Notes: a model not told the origin generated them from the sequence alone. Numbered from the stretch's first letter, positions 11,203 to 20,684 are shown. The stretch: 64,000 nt of DNA from Candidatus Bathyarchaeota archaeon (GCA_018396915.1 JAGTRD010000002.1:48706-112705), one strand, 5' to 3'. Made by a program: numbers and translations.

Positions 11203-12405
11203 TTACCTTTCCAATCTCCTTCTAGCAATGTTCGCTATCTTTGTCTGTAGACCCCATAGTTCAGTGAATCCTGCGGCTTTCGTCTGGTCGAATGTTGTGT
11301 CCACACCGTATGTTGCAAGTTTCTGGTTGTAAAGTGATTTAGGAGATTTTCTTCCGACTATCTGATATGCCCCTTTGTAGAGTTTGAGTCTGACTTCACC
11401 TTCAACCCTCTCCTGACTCTTATTGATGAATGCGTTCAGATCCTCCATAAGGGGGTCCATCCATAGGCCTGAGTAGACTGCGACTGCCCACTCATTATCT
11501 ACGAGATGCTTGAAGGCAAGTTCATGTCTGGTCAAAACACATTTCTCTAGATCCTTGTGTGCCTCTATTAGAACAATGGATGCTGGGCACTCGTAGACTT
11601 CACGAGATTTTATTCCTACAATACGGTCTTCAACATGGTCTATGCGACCTACACCATTCCTTCCAGCTATATGGTTAAGGGACATTATCATTGTGACTGG
11701 ATCTGTCTTCGACCCGTTTATTGAGATAGGTGTCCCAGCATTGAATCCTATGGTTAAATATTCAGCCTTATCTGGACTTTTCTCAGGGGCTACGGTCCAT
11801 TCAAAAACCTCCTCCGGCGGTTCAACTGAAGGATCCTCCAATACTCCACACTCAATTGATCGACCGTATAGATTCTTATCTATGCTATATTGGCTCTGTC
11901 TCTTAGCAGGAATGGGGATGCCACGCTCTTCAGCATATTTGATCTCCTCTTCTCGTGAAAGCCCCCACTCCCTTATAGGCGCTATGATCTTCAACTCTGG
12001 AGCCAAAGCTGATATTGTTACATCAAACCTGACTTGGTCGTTGCCCTTACCTGTGCATCCATGAGCCACAGCATCTGCACCCTCCCTCTTAGCTACCTCT
12101 ACCAGTTTAGAGGCGATGAGGGGTCTGGATAATGCGGTTGATATTGGATATTTTCCTTGATACATCGCGTTTGCTCTGATCGCTGGATACACATACTCTT
12201 TGACAAACTCTTCCCTTGCATCTATTGAGTAGTGTCTTTCGGCGCCTATCCTCTCAGAGAATTCCTGAATAAGTTTCAAATCTTCCCCTTGACCAACATC
12301 GACTGTCACAGTGATGACGTCACATCTATACTTCTCAATCAGCCATCTTATCGCTACGGATGTATCTAATCCTCCAGAATATGCTAAGACTATTTTACCA
12401 CCCAT
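11203..12405 (-). CDS. argG: Argininosuccinate synthase
   Basis: 400 aa, AYSGGLDTS PP-loop. Confidence 0.95.
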   Translation of the reverse strand: MGGKIVLAYSGGLDTSVAIRWLIEKYRCDVITVTVDVGQGEDLKLIQEFSERIGAERHYSIDAREEFVKEYVYPAIRANAMYQGKYPISTALSRPLIASKLVEVAKREGADAVAHGCTGKGNDQVRFDVTISALAPELKIIAPIREWGLSREEEIKYAEERGIPIPAKRQSQYSIDKNLYGRSIECGVLEDPSVEPPEEVFEWTVAPEKSPDKAEYLTIGFNAGTPISINGSKTDPVTMIMSLNHIAGRNGVGRIDHVEDRIVGIKSREVYECPASIVLIEAHKDLEKCVLTRHELAFKHLVDNEWAVAVYSGLWMDPLMEDLNAFINKSQERVEGEVRLKLYKGAYQIVGRKSPKSLYNQKLATYGVDTTFDQTKAAGFTELWGLQTKIANIARRRLER

Positions 12406-12438
12406 TATACATCTACTCTTCAGTGTCGCTTCTAATTA

Positions 12439-13329
12439 CTATTTCTTTGATGTTTTAATTACGTAGTCGATTATTTTCGAGGCGATGTTGACACCTGTAG
12501 CTGTTGAGGCCCCTCTGAACTCTATTGTTGAGTTAACTTCATGTACAACCGGTCCATTCGGACTCTCCATGGCGTCAACAGCCAAGACACCTCCCCCCAC
12601 CGCCCTAGCTGCCCTCAACACTATATCCTCAAGTTGGCTGGATGTTGGGCAAGGTATGGTCGTAGCGCCCAAGGCCACGTTTGTTCTCCAAGCCCCTGCC
12701 GGAGCACTGCGATAAACTGATACTGCAACCTCATCACCTACGACAATAGTCCTTATATCTCTAGGCGGCCTTTCCACCATCTCTTGTATGTAATGGATTT
12801 GTAAAAGTGCATTATTCATCTGTTCTCTATGTTCAAGTATGGCCTCAGCTGTAGCCCGGTCTCTAACAGGTGAGACCAGCCTACCCCAACTCCCGACGAC
12901 TGGTTTTACTACTGCAGGATAGCCTATTTTCTCGAGTGCTTCTAATGCAGCTTCAGATGTGAAGGTTACATATGTCTTGGGCGTTGGGACACCTGCATTT
13001 TCTAATGCTAGAGAGGTGAAGAGCTTGTTTCCGCAGATTAGGGATGTGTTGAAGGAATTCACGACTGGGAGACCTTTCCTCTCCAAAACTGCAGAGATGT
13101 GAAGTCCCCTGAAGTAGCTTATGCATCTTTGAAGTATTATGTCTCCGTATGTTTCTGAATCATACTTACCACTGATATTTAGGCATATATTCTTTCCATC
13201 TATTAGATTCGTTGATATTCTCTTTCTTCTTGCAGCTTTGATCAGAGCTTTCTCTTCCCATCTCGTACGGTCATATATGATCGATAGTTTCTTTGGCAAC
13301 GATAGTCTATCACTCTCCCCAGTCTTCAC
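12439..13329 (-). CDS. lysX: LysX/ArgX family ATP-grasp ligase (RimK-like; LysW--aminoadipate/glutamate ligase), paralog 1
   Basis: 296 aa, similar to Thermus LysX (IYDRxRxEE.., GSWGRLV, YIQE...PRDIR). The annotated ATG overlaps lysW by 20 nt; the true start may be the downstream TTG at about 13287. Confidence 0.85.
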   Translation of the reverse strand: MKTGESDRLSLPKKLSIIYDRTRWEEKALIKAARRKRISTNLIDGKNICLNISGKYDSETYGDIILQRCISYFRGLHISAVLERKGLPVVNSFNTSLICGNKLFTSLALENAGVPTPKTYVTFTSEAALEALEKIGYPAVVKPVVGSWGRLVSPVRDRATAEAILEHREQMNNALLQIHYIQEMVERPPRDIRTIVVGDEVAVSVYRSAPAGAWRTNVALGATTIPCPTSSQLEDIVLRAARAVGGGVLAVDAMESPNGPVVHEVNSTIEFRGASTATGVNIASKIIDYVIKTSKK

Positions 13330-13483
13330 CGACGACCTCAGCGGTCTTTAGGTTGCATTTCCCATCTTTATCGAATGTAAGCTCATACTCAAGGCCACAG
13401 TCTGGGCAGGTCACGATCTCACCCTCAACAGCATCTTTTGGAATTGTAATTTCACCGTCACACTCAGGGCACTTGCATTTCAT
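13310..13483 (-). CDS. lysW: LysW amino-group carrier protein, paralog 1 (57 aa, below ORF-track cutoff)
   Basis: Manual translation of minus strand: MKCKCPECDGEITIPKDAVEGEIVTCPDCGLEYELTFDKDGKCNLKTAEVVGEDWGE; Zn-ribbon plus hallmark C-terminal EDWGE tail. Confidence 0.8.
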   Translation of the reverse strand: MKCKCPECDGEITIPKDAVEGEIVTCPDCGLEYELTFDKDGKCNLKTAEVVGEDWGE

Positions 13484-13576
13484 TCCGTTTCTGTCTCTCG
13501 CTTATTTTTTAGAATCCTCAGATCTTCAAATGCGTAAATGTCTGATCTCCTTAAAAGACTTTCTTTTGCAGTTGCT

Positions 13577-14023
13577 TCACCATTCACGCAGAATAATCAT
13601 CGTATTTGTGTTCGAGACTCCTCTAACCCTCCTGATCTCTTCAACACACTTGTTAACTTCAGTTATACTTGACGCAGAGATCATCACTGCTATGTCATAT
13701 TGACCTGTAATTTCATGTACCGTCTCAACATTCGAGATCTTAACTAGCTCCTGTGAAATCTCCGATGTTGGATACTCGGGATTGACTGAGAGGAGAGTTA
13801 TCGCCTTCGCCCCAGTCTTGAATCCTACTTGAATCGTGAACTTTTTAATATCCCCCGACTTGATCAGTGAGGAGATTCTCTTTCTAACAGCCCCTTCAGA
13901 TAAACCTGTTCTCTTTCCAATATCGACATAAGCTGCACGGCCATCATTCTTTAATATGTTTATTATCTTATAGTCTATTTCGTCCAATACTGATCTCCAA
14001 AGTATGGTATGATTATCGCACAC
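13577..14023 (-). CDS. lysM: Lrp/AsnC family transcriptional regulator (LysM-like regulator of the lys cluster)
   Basis: 148 aa: HTH N-terminus plus RAM domain; sits between the two divergent lysW-lysX modules. Confidence 0.75.
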   Translation of the reverse strand: MCDNHTILWRSVLDEIDYKIINILKNDGRAAYVDIGKRTGLSEGAVRKRISSLIKSGDIKKFTIQVGFKTGAKAITLLSVNPEYPTSEISQELVKISNVETVHEITGQYDIAVMISASSITEVNKCVEEIRRVRGVSNTNTMIILREW

Positions 14024-14111
14024 AAAGTAAGAATATCAAACGACCTTTATTTATTTTTCGACGTAAACTTTAATAACGATACGATATTTGTAAATAGCCA
14101 GGTGGATAAGG
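14024..14111. promoter_or_regulatory. Divergent promoter region between lysM(-) and lysW2(+); AT-rich TATA-like elements (tttaataa, atatttgtaaata) and SD AGGTGG 6 nt before the TTG start of lysW2
   Basis: 88-bp AT-rich spacer between divergently oriented genes; motifs read from the sequence. Confidence 0.4.
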
Positions 14112-14285
14112 TTGAAAGGGAAATGTCCAGACTGTTCAGCTGAAATAGAGATAGCTGACGACTCAATAGAAGGGGAAATAGTGGTATGCCCAGACTGTGG
14201 CCTCGAGCTAGAGGTTAAGAAGGACGCGACCGGCAAGATTGAGCTCAGACAAATAACTATAGAAAGGGAAGACTGGGGTGAATAA
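14112..14285 (+). CDS. LysW-like amino-group carrier protein, paralog 2 (57 aa, TTG start; missed by ORF track, its shadow appears as the 14051..14236 minus ORF)
   Basis: Manual translation: (M/L)KGKCPDCSAEIEIADDSIEGEIVVCPDCGLELEVKKDATGKIELRQITIEREDWGE*; same Zn-ribbon and EDWGE C-terminus; stop immediately precedes lysX2. Confidence 0.72.
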   Translation: MKGKCPDCSAEIEIADDSIEGEIVVCPDCGLELEVKKDATGKIELRQITIEREDWGE

Positions 14286-15143
14286 TTGAGTAAGACTATT
14301 GGGATGATCTACGACCAGATCAGGCCTGAAGAAAGATTATTAATAGACTCGGCCAGAAGGAAATCCCTGAGGCTCAACCTCCACGATGCGGAACGAATAA
14401 ATCTCGACCTTCTAGATCATGGAAAAGAAGAGCCCTTCGAAGATGTTATTCTACAAAGGTGCATAAGCTACTTTCGCAGTCTACATCTGACAGCATCACT
14501 AGAAAAAAGGGGGATTACTGTAATAAACTCTTCAAGGATAGCTTCAATCTGCGGCAACAAGCTATTGACCACACTTGAACTTGCGGAGGCAAAGATTCCT
14601 ATACCACGGGCAAGATTGGCGTTCAGCGTAGAATCAGCGTTGGATGCTCTATCAAAGCTAGGGTACCCAGCGGTACTAAAACCGATCATTGGAAGTTGGG
14701 GGAGACTCGTCGCCCCCCTAAAGGATGTTGAGTCAGCGAAAGCCATATTCGAGGATAGGGAACACATGTTTCCACTATACCAAGTCTACTACATTCAAGA
14801 GATGATTCAAAGACCACCTAGAGACATAAGATGCTTCATCATAGGAGATGCTGTAGTGGCGGCAATATATCGTTACGCACCTAAGGACGATTGGCGTACC
14901 AACACCGCGAGGGGTGGACATGTTGAACCTTGCAAGGTTACTCAGGAAATTGAGGAGCTTGCCCTGAAGACTGTTAAGGCCCTCGGTGAAGGCGTATATG
15001 GTGTCGACATGATGGAGAGTGATAGAGGCCTACTCATAAACGAGGTGAACTTCACAACAGAGTTTAGAAATAGCGTACCAGCCACTGGTGTAGATATCCC
15101 CGGAAAGATCCTTGATTTCGCTGCTAGCAAGGTGAGAAAGTGA
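14286..15143 (+). CDS. LysX/ArgX family ATP-grasp ligase, paralog 2
   Basis: 285 aa, about 50% identical to paralog 1; TTG at 14286 or ATG at 14304. Confidence 0.85.
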   Translation: MSKTIGMIYDQIRPEERLLIDSARRKSLRLNLHDAERINLDLLDHGKEEPFEDVILQRCISYFRSLHLTASLEKRGITVINSSRIASICGNKLLTTLELAEAKIPIPRARLAFSVESALDALSKLGYPAVLKPIIGSWGRLVAPLKDVESAKAIFEDREHMFPLYQVYYIQEMIQRPPRDIRCFIIGDAVVAAIYRYAPKDDWRTNTARGGHVEPCKVTQEIEELALKTVKALGEGVYGVDMMESDRGLLINEVNFTTEFRNSVPATGVDIPGKILDFAASKVRK

Positions 15144-15144
15144 G

Positions 15145-16197
15145 ATGAGGATATCGATAGTAGGCGGATCGGGATATGCTGGAGGCGAACTCCTACGTCA
15201 ACTGCTACGCCATCCAGAGGCGGAAGTAACTAGGGTTGTATCTAGAAGCCATCTCGATGAGTATGTGTTTCGAATACATCCGAATCTGCGTGGATATACA
15301 GATCTGAAATTCTCCCCTCTAAACATTTCAGATATAACTTCAAATTCAGACATAGTTTTCACAGCAACCCCACATGGAACATCAGCTGAGATGGTTCCAA
15401 AATTCTTAGAAGTAGGTCTGAAGGTTATAGATCTTGGAGCAGACTTTAGGCTAAGGAACCCTGAATATTATCCTGAATGGTATGGGTGGAGTCACCCGCA
15501 TCCTGAACTCTTAAACACGGCCATCTACGGTCTGCCAGAGCTTCATAGAAATGAGATCAGGAATGCAAAGCTGGTAGCATGTCCAGGATGTATGGCAACC
15601 GCAACAATCCTTGCAATAGCCCCACTGGTGAAGGAGCAGGCAATAGACTTTGAGAGGATAGTTGCCGACGTTAAGATAGGTTCCTCTGGAGCAGGAAACA
15701 CCCCAACCAGAGCTTCCCACCATCCAGAGCGTGCAAGTGGTGTGAGGCCCTACAAGGTTACTGGGCACCGTCATATTCCTGAGATCGTGCAGGAGCTGCA
15801 ACTCCTCGCAGGTGTAAAGCCGAAAATCTCATTCACACCTCACGCTGTCCCAATTATACGTGGAATACTAGCGACAATACACACATTCCCAGAGGTGAAC
15901 CTCACAATCTCAGATATCTGGAAAATCTACCGTTCCATGTACAGCCATGAACCATTCATAAGATTCGTGAAGGATAGAAGAGGACTACATCAACTCCCTG
16001 ACCCTAAAGCCACTATAGGCTCTAACTTCTGCGACATAGGATTTGAAGTTGACACATATGCGGATAGAATTGTACTGTTCAGCGCAATAGACAATCTTGT
16101 TAAAGGAGCATCGGGCCAAGCTATCCAATGTTTCAACATAATGCTTGGCATAGATGAAAGAACAGGTATCGCCGGACCGGAATGCTATCCGGTGTGA
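15145..16197 (+). CDS. lysY: N-acetyl-gamma-glutamyl-phosphate reductase family (LysY/ArgC)
   Basis: 350 aa, RISIVGGSGYAGGELLR, catalytic Cys region. Confidence 0.9.
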   Translation: MRISIVGGSGYAGGELLRQLLRHPEAEVTRVVSRSHLDEYVFRIHPNLRGYTDLKFSPLNISDITSNSDIVFTATPHGTSAEMVPKFLEVGLKVIDLGADFRLRNPEYYPEWYGWSHPHPELLNTAIYGLPELHRNEIRNAKLVACPGCMATATILAIAPLVKEQAIDFERIVADVKIGSSGAGNTPTRASHHPERASGVRPYKVTGHRHIPEIVQELQLLAGVKPKISFTPHAVPIIRGILATIHTFPEVNLTISDIWKIYRSMYSHEPFIRFVKDRRGLHQLPDPKATIGSNFCDIGFEVDTYADRIVLFSAIDNLVKGASGQAIQCFNIMLGIDERTGIAGPECYPV

Positions 16198-16203
16198 CCA
16201 GAA

Positions 16204-17010
16204 ATGCTTCTAGTGGTTAAGCTCGGAGGCAGCACCCTCGAGGAGGGCGTATCAGAAGAGTTTGCAAGGGACATCAAGAACACGTATGAAAACCACAAAC
16301 TCGTAATCGTCCATGGCGGAGGAAGGAAAGTGACGGAAATAGCCACTAGACTGGGAAAGGAGCAAAAATTGATTGTTTCACCAGAAGGCTTCAGAAGCAG
16401 ATACACAGACAGGGAGACAGCTGAGATCTATACGATGGTCATGGCTGGAAAAATAAACAAAGAGATTGTCTTAGCTCTTCAACGCCAGAGCCTGAATGTC
16501 ATCGGACTCTCTGGGATAGACGGTGCACTTGCAGTTGCTGAACGGAAAAAACAATTGATAATAATTGATGAAAGAGGCCGAAAAAGAGTAATAGAAGGTG
16601 GGTATACAGGTAAGATAAGTAGAATCAATGTAGAACTTTTGAAGATACTGATCGAAAACGGATACATTCCAGTGGTGGCACCTGTCGCCGTTGGGACTGA
16701 GTTTGAACCCTTAAACATTGATGGAGATCGTATGGCTGCAAATATAGCTGGATCCCTAAACGCGGATATGTTGATCCTACTAACCGATGTGGCCGGTCTA
16801 AAGCTGGATGGGAAACTTATTCAAAGAATGAGCTTAGTTGAAGCGAAGGATTCTCTCTCAAGGATAGGACACGGAATGATAACAAAGGTCTACGCAGCGA
16901 TCGAGGCTATAGAGATGGGGGTCAAGAAGGTTTCAATATCTCCCGGCATGGAATCCTCGCCAATAACCTTCTCAATAGAGAATAAATGTGGAACGGTGAT
17001 AGAAAGATGA
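16204..17010 (+). CDS. lysZ: Acetylglutamate kinase family (LysZ/ArgB)
   Basis: 268 aa amino-acid kinase fold, VVKLGGS. Confidence 0.9.
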   Translation: MLLVVKLGGSTLEEGVSEEFARDIKNTYENHKLVIVHGGGRKVTEIATRLGKEQKLIVSPEGFRSRYTDRETAEIYTMVMAGKINKEIVLALQRQSLNVIGLSGIDGALAVAERKKQLIIIDERGRKRVIEGGYTGKISRINVELLKILIENGYIPVVAPVAVGTEFEPLNIDGDRMAANIAGSLNADMLILLTDVAGLKLDGKLIQRMSLVEAKDSLSRIGHGMITKVYAAIEAIEMGVKKVSISPGMESSPITFSIENKCGTVIER

Positions 17011-18206
17011 ACGAGACAGAAATTGTTGAGATTGAGCAGAGATATATGGCAAATGTTTACGCAAAGAGAAATCTGATAGTGACCAAGGGTGAGGGTGCTA
17101 AATTATGGGATATCAAAGGCAGGGAATACATAGACTGTATGGGCAACTATGGGGTAGCGATAGTCGGACACTGCCACCCAAAAGTTGTCGAAGCAATAAA
17201 AAGACAGTCTGAGAAACTCATTTCATGCCATGGCTCATTATATAATGACTCCAGGTCTAGATTGCTCGATAAGCTCGCCGAGATATCTCCCAAAAACCTC
17301 CGAAGATTCTTTCTCTCAAATAGTGGAGCCGAAGCTGTGGAATGCGCTATAAAACTTGCTAGAAGATACACTGGTAAAAAGGAGATCATTGCAATGATGG
17401 GGGGTTACCATGGTAAAACGTTGGGAGCTCTATCAGCAACTTGGGATAAGAAGTATCGTACCCCATTCCTCCCGTTACTTCCAGAATTTAAACATGTACC
17501 CTACGGCGATGCAGCCAGATTGCGTGAAGCTATAACAGAGAACACCGCAGCCATCATAGTAGAGCCTATTCAAGGAGAGGGTGGCATCAGGATCCCTCCT
17601 GAAGGATATCTCCAAGAGGTTAGAGAAATATGCGATGAGAAAGGAATATTGATGATTGCTGATGAGGTCCAGACAGGGTTCGGGAGAACGGGCAAGATCT
17701 TCGCATGTGAACATTGGCAAATCGTACCTGACATATTATGCTTGGCTAAGGCTGTTGCTGGAGGCCTCCCCTTGGGAGTCACGATGGCCAAGGAGGACAT
17801 AATGCTCTCCTTCAAGGTCGGTGAACACTCAACCACTTTCGGAGGAAACCCACTCGTATGCTCGGCTGCATATGCTGCAATAGAGGTTTTATTGGAGGAG
17901 AGACTTACTGAGAGGGCAAAGGAACTCGGCCGTTTCTTCATGGGTGAACTGGAGAATCTGAAATCTAAATACAGGATTATACGTGATGTCAGGGGTTTGG
18001 GTCTAATGGTTGGTATCGAGTCGAGATTTGACGTGTTCAAAATCCTCCAGAACCTGATGTTGGATGGAGTACTCGCACTTGATGCAGGAAGAAACATAGT
18101 GAGATTTCTACCACCATTAGTAATATCGAGAGAACAGCTTTCAACAGTAGTTGAAGTTCTTGACAGGGTCCTGGCGGAGGATGAGAATGAACGCCTACGA
18201 AGTTAA
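16986..18206 (+). CDS. lysJ: Acetylornithine/LysW-gamma-lysine aminotransferase (LysJ/ArgD), class III PLP
   Basis: 406 aa; the likely true start is ATG 17007 (MNETEIV...), giving an ATGA overlap with lysZ. Confidence 0.9.
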   Translation: MWNGDRKMNETEIVEIEQRYMANVYAKRNLIVTKGEGAKLWDIKGREYIDCMGNYGVAIVGHCHPKVVEAIKRQSEKLISCHGSLYNDSRSRLLDKLAEISPKNLRRFFLSNSGAEAVECAIKLARRYTGKKEIIAMMGGYHGKTLGALSATWDKKYRTPFLPLLPEFKHVPYGDAARLREAITENTAAIIVEPIQGEGGIRIPPEGYLQEVREICDEKGILMIADEVQTGFGRTGKIFACEHWQIVPDILCLAKAVAGGLPLGVTMAKEDIMLSFKVGEHSTTFGGNPLVCSAAYAAIEVLLEERLTERAKELGRFFMGELENLKSKYRIIRDVRGLGLMVGIESRFDVFKILQNLMLDGVLALDAGRNIVRFLPPLVISREQLSTVVEVLDRVLAEDENERLRS

Positions 18207-19287
18207 ATTTCTGATCGATATGCTGAGGCTGTATAGCCCAAGCGGTGGAGAATCCGCAGTTGCGAAATACCTTAGAGAAACTCTTTCAAGAAGTAACTTT
18301 GACGTAAGAATTGACGACACTGGAAATGTAATAGGAACCTGCGGTTCAGGGTCACCTACACTACTCCTATGTGGCCATATGGATACTGTTCCTGGGCAAT
18401 TGGAGGTTAGACTTGACGGCGATCTCCTATATGGAAGAGGTGCTGTAGATGCAAAAGGACCACTCGCTAGCATGATCATGGGCTCGAATATACCTGATCT
18501 CAATGGCAAGATAGTTGTCGCCTGCCTAGTCGATGAGGAAGGAAATGGCAAAGGTGTGAAGCAACTCATCAAAGATAATGTTCAAGCAGATTACGCTATA
18601 TTTGGAGAGCCGAGTGGGGCATGCAATATCACGATTGGATATAAGGGTAGTCTACATGTGTATGTCGAATGTATAACCCCTACAGCACACTCGTCAGCAC
18701 CATGGCTTTCAAGCAACGCAATAGAGAAAACTTATGAGTTCTGGGATAATATAAAGGGCTACAATTTTGACTGCGATATAGCTGAAAGCCGCTTCTACTC
18801 AGTAACTTCATGTTTGACAGCGCTTAAGGGCGGTGGAACACCCGGCCTCATTCCATCAAGATGTGAGGCAGAGATCGATATAAGAACACCCCCTCAGACC
18901 GCGCCTGAAAAAATCATTAAAACAATAACAGAATTAGCTCAAGACTATGAGAGGAGAAATCCAGATGTCAAGATAAAGATTAGAGACGCGGGATATATTC
19001 CAGCTTTTGAGGCAGATCCGAGATCTATCTTAGTTAGAGCTTTAAGATACTCGATCAGGAAAGTTTGTGGGCGGACACCAATTCTCCTTAAAAAAACAGG
19101 TACGGGAGATATGAATGAATTAGGCTCCAAATTGAATATACCTATGGTTGCCTACGGTCCTGGAGATTCTCATTTAGACCACACACCAAATGAACATATC
19201 TCAATCTCTGAATACCTCACGAGCATAAGGGTGTACCGAGAGGCGATTCCCATGATTTTCAAACTCCATAGAAACGTAGGCGATTAA
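18151..19287 (+). CDS. lysK: LysK/ArgE M20 family deacylase (LysW-lysine/ornithine hydrolase)
   Basis: 378 aa, M20 metal-binding motifs (HMDTV, DAKG, EEG); the likely start is 18181/18187. Confidence 0.85.
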   Translation: MKFLTGSWRRMRMNAYEVKFLIDMLRLYSPSGGESAVAKYLRETLSRSNFDVRIDDTGNVIGTCGSGSPTLLLCGHMDTVPGQLEVRLDGDLLYGRGAVDAKGPLASMIMGSNIPDLNGKIVVACLVDEEGNGKGVKQLIKDNVQADYAIFGEPSGACNITIGYKGSLHVYVECITPTAHSSAPWLSSNAIEKTYEFWDNIKGYNFDCDIAESRFYSVTSCLTALKGGGTPGLIPSRCEAEIDIRTPPQTAPEKIIKTITELAQDYERRNPDVKIKIRDAGYIPAFEADPRSILVRALRYSIRKVCGRTPILLKKTGTGDMNELGSKLNIPMVAYGPGDSHLDHTPNEHISISEYLTSIRVYREAIPMIFKLHRNVGD

Positions 19288-19289
19288 CT

Positions 19290-20684
19290 ATGGTCTTCAA
19301 AAAACTAAATCATAAAATTCTCATCCTCGATACCACTTTAAGGGAGGGGGAACAGACGCCGAACGTAAATTTCACGATTGAAGAGAAGCTCCAGATAGCA
19401 AGGAAGCTCGATGAAATTGGTGTCAATATGATTGAGGCTGGAGATCCCAACGTTTCTAGAGATGTGAAAGAAGCTATCAGAAGAATAGCCAGGGAGGGTC
19501 TCAGGGCTGAGATACTTGCCCACTGTAGGGCCTTAATTCCAGATGTTGAAAATGCTGCATCGTGTGACGTTGATAGAGTTGCAATATTTCTGGGAACATC
19601 TAAAACCCACTTACAACATAAACTGAGAAGAGATGAGGAAAATGCTGTTGAGCTTGTGACGAAGGCAATAGAACATGCTAGAGAACAGGGGTTAAGCGTT
19701 AGGTTTACAGCTGAAGATGCGTCGAGAACTGACTACAAATTTCTTACACGCATATGCAAAGCTGCTGAAGATGCTGGGGCAGATAGAATTAGTATTCCCG
19801 ATACAGTCGGAATAATGACACCTGACAAGGTCAGGGAACTATTTCAGAACCTCAGCAAAGAATTGAGAGTTGAACTTGATACACACTGCCATAATGATCT
19901 TGGAATGGCCACAGCTAACACTCTGGCGGCCTTGGAAGGAGGAGCGACGGCAGCTCATGTTACAATCAATGGCTTAGGCGAAAGGAGTGGAATAGCGCCT
20001 CTAAGTGAAATAGCTGTGGCCTTAAAAGTGATATATGATGTCGACACAGTGAATCTTGAAGAGTTGCCTGCCATCTCGCTTATGGTGGAGAGGTTCAGCG
20101 GCGTCGTTCCTGCCCCGAATACACCAATAATTGGTGAGAATGCTTTTACACATAAGGCAGGAATACATGTTGCGGGTGTTCTAGCCGACCCATCGACATA
20201 TGAAGGGTTCCCACCAGAACTGATAGGCCGACAGAGGGAAATAGTCATTGACAAATATACAGGATTCCATGCGGTCAAGTCCAGACTCGAGAGGTTGGGT
20301 GTCTGCCTCAATGATGATCAAATGGCGAAGATTGTGCAAGAAATCAAGGAGCGGCCGACAATAACAAAGTTTAGAGATGCAGACCTCATAGAGCTGGCTG
20401 AGAAGATAACTGGAAGAAACCTCCAAGCAGAGATTCCAACAAAAGTTGAAGCACTTATAAGAGTCAAATGCGAATCCAACATATATACAACAGCCATAGC
20501 TAGAAGACTAAAAGCCCTCAAGAAGATAAACAAGGTCTATGAAGTCACTGGAAACTACGATATTGAAGTTACAGTGATAGCTGAATCAACGGCTGAGCTT
20601 AATGAGATACTGGAGAGGATAAGGGAGATAGAAGGTGTTGAAGCCACTGAAACCCAGCTAGTTCTAAAAAAATTCGAGGTATGA
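19290..20684 (+). CDS. Homocitrate synthase with fused C-terminal RAM (Lrp/AsnC ligand-binding) domain
   Basis: 464 aa; N-term LDTTLREGEQTP..HCHNDLGMATANTLAA (LeuA/HCS family); last about 80 aa (NYDIEVTVIAESTAELNEILERIREIEGVEATETQLVL) resemble the RAM domain of the adjacent Lrp; last gene of the lys operon. Confidence 0.85.
   Translation: MVFKKLNHKILILDTTLREGEQTPNVNFTIEEKLQIARKLDEIGVNMIEAGDPNVSRDVKEAIRRIAREGLRAEILAHCRALIPDVENAASCDVDRVAIFLGTSKTHLQHKLRRDEENAVELVTKAIEHAREQGLSVRFTAEDASRTDYKFLTRICKAAEDAGADRISIPDTVGIMTPDKVRELFQNLSKELRVELDTHCHNDLGMATANTLAALEGGATAAHVTINGLGERSGIAPLSEIAVALKVIYDVDTVNLEELPAISLMVERFSGVVPAPNTPIIGENAFTHKAGIHVAGVLADPSTYEGFPPELIGRQREIVIDKYTGFHAVKSRLERLGVCLNDDQMAKIVQEIKERPTITKFRDADLIELAEKITGRNLQAEIPTKVEALIRVKCESNIYTTAIARRLKALKKINKVYEVTGNYDIEVTVIAESTAELNEILERIREIEGVEATETQLVLKKFEV

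Noticed and set aside
14051-14236. 61-aa minus-strand ORF in the lysM-lysX2 spacer
   Set aside because: It is the antisense shadow of the genuine plus-strand LysW-like gene (14112..14285). The plus-strand frame gives a canonical LysW with an EDWGE tail.
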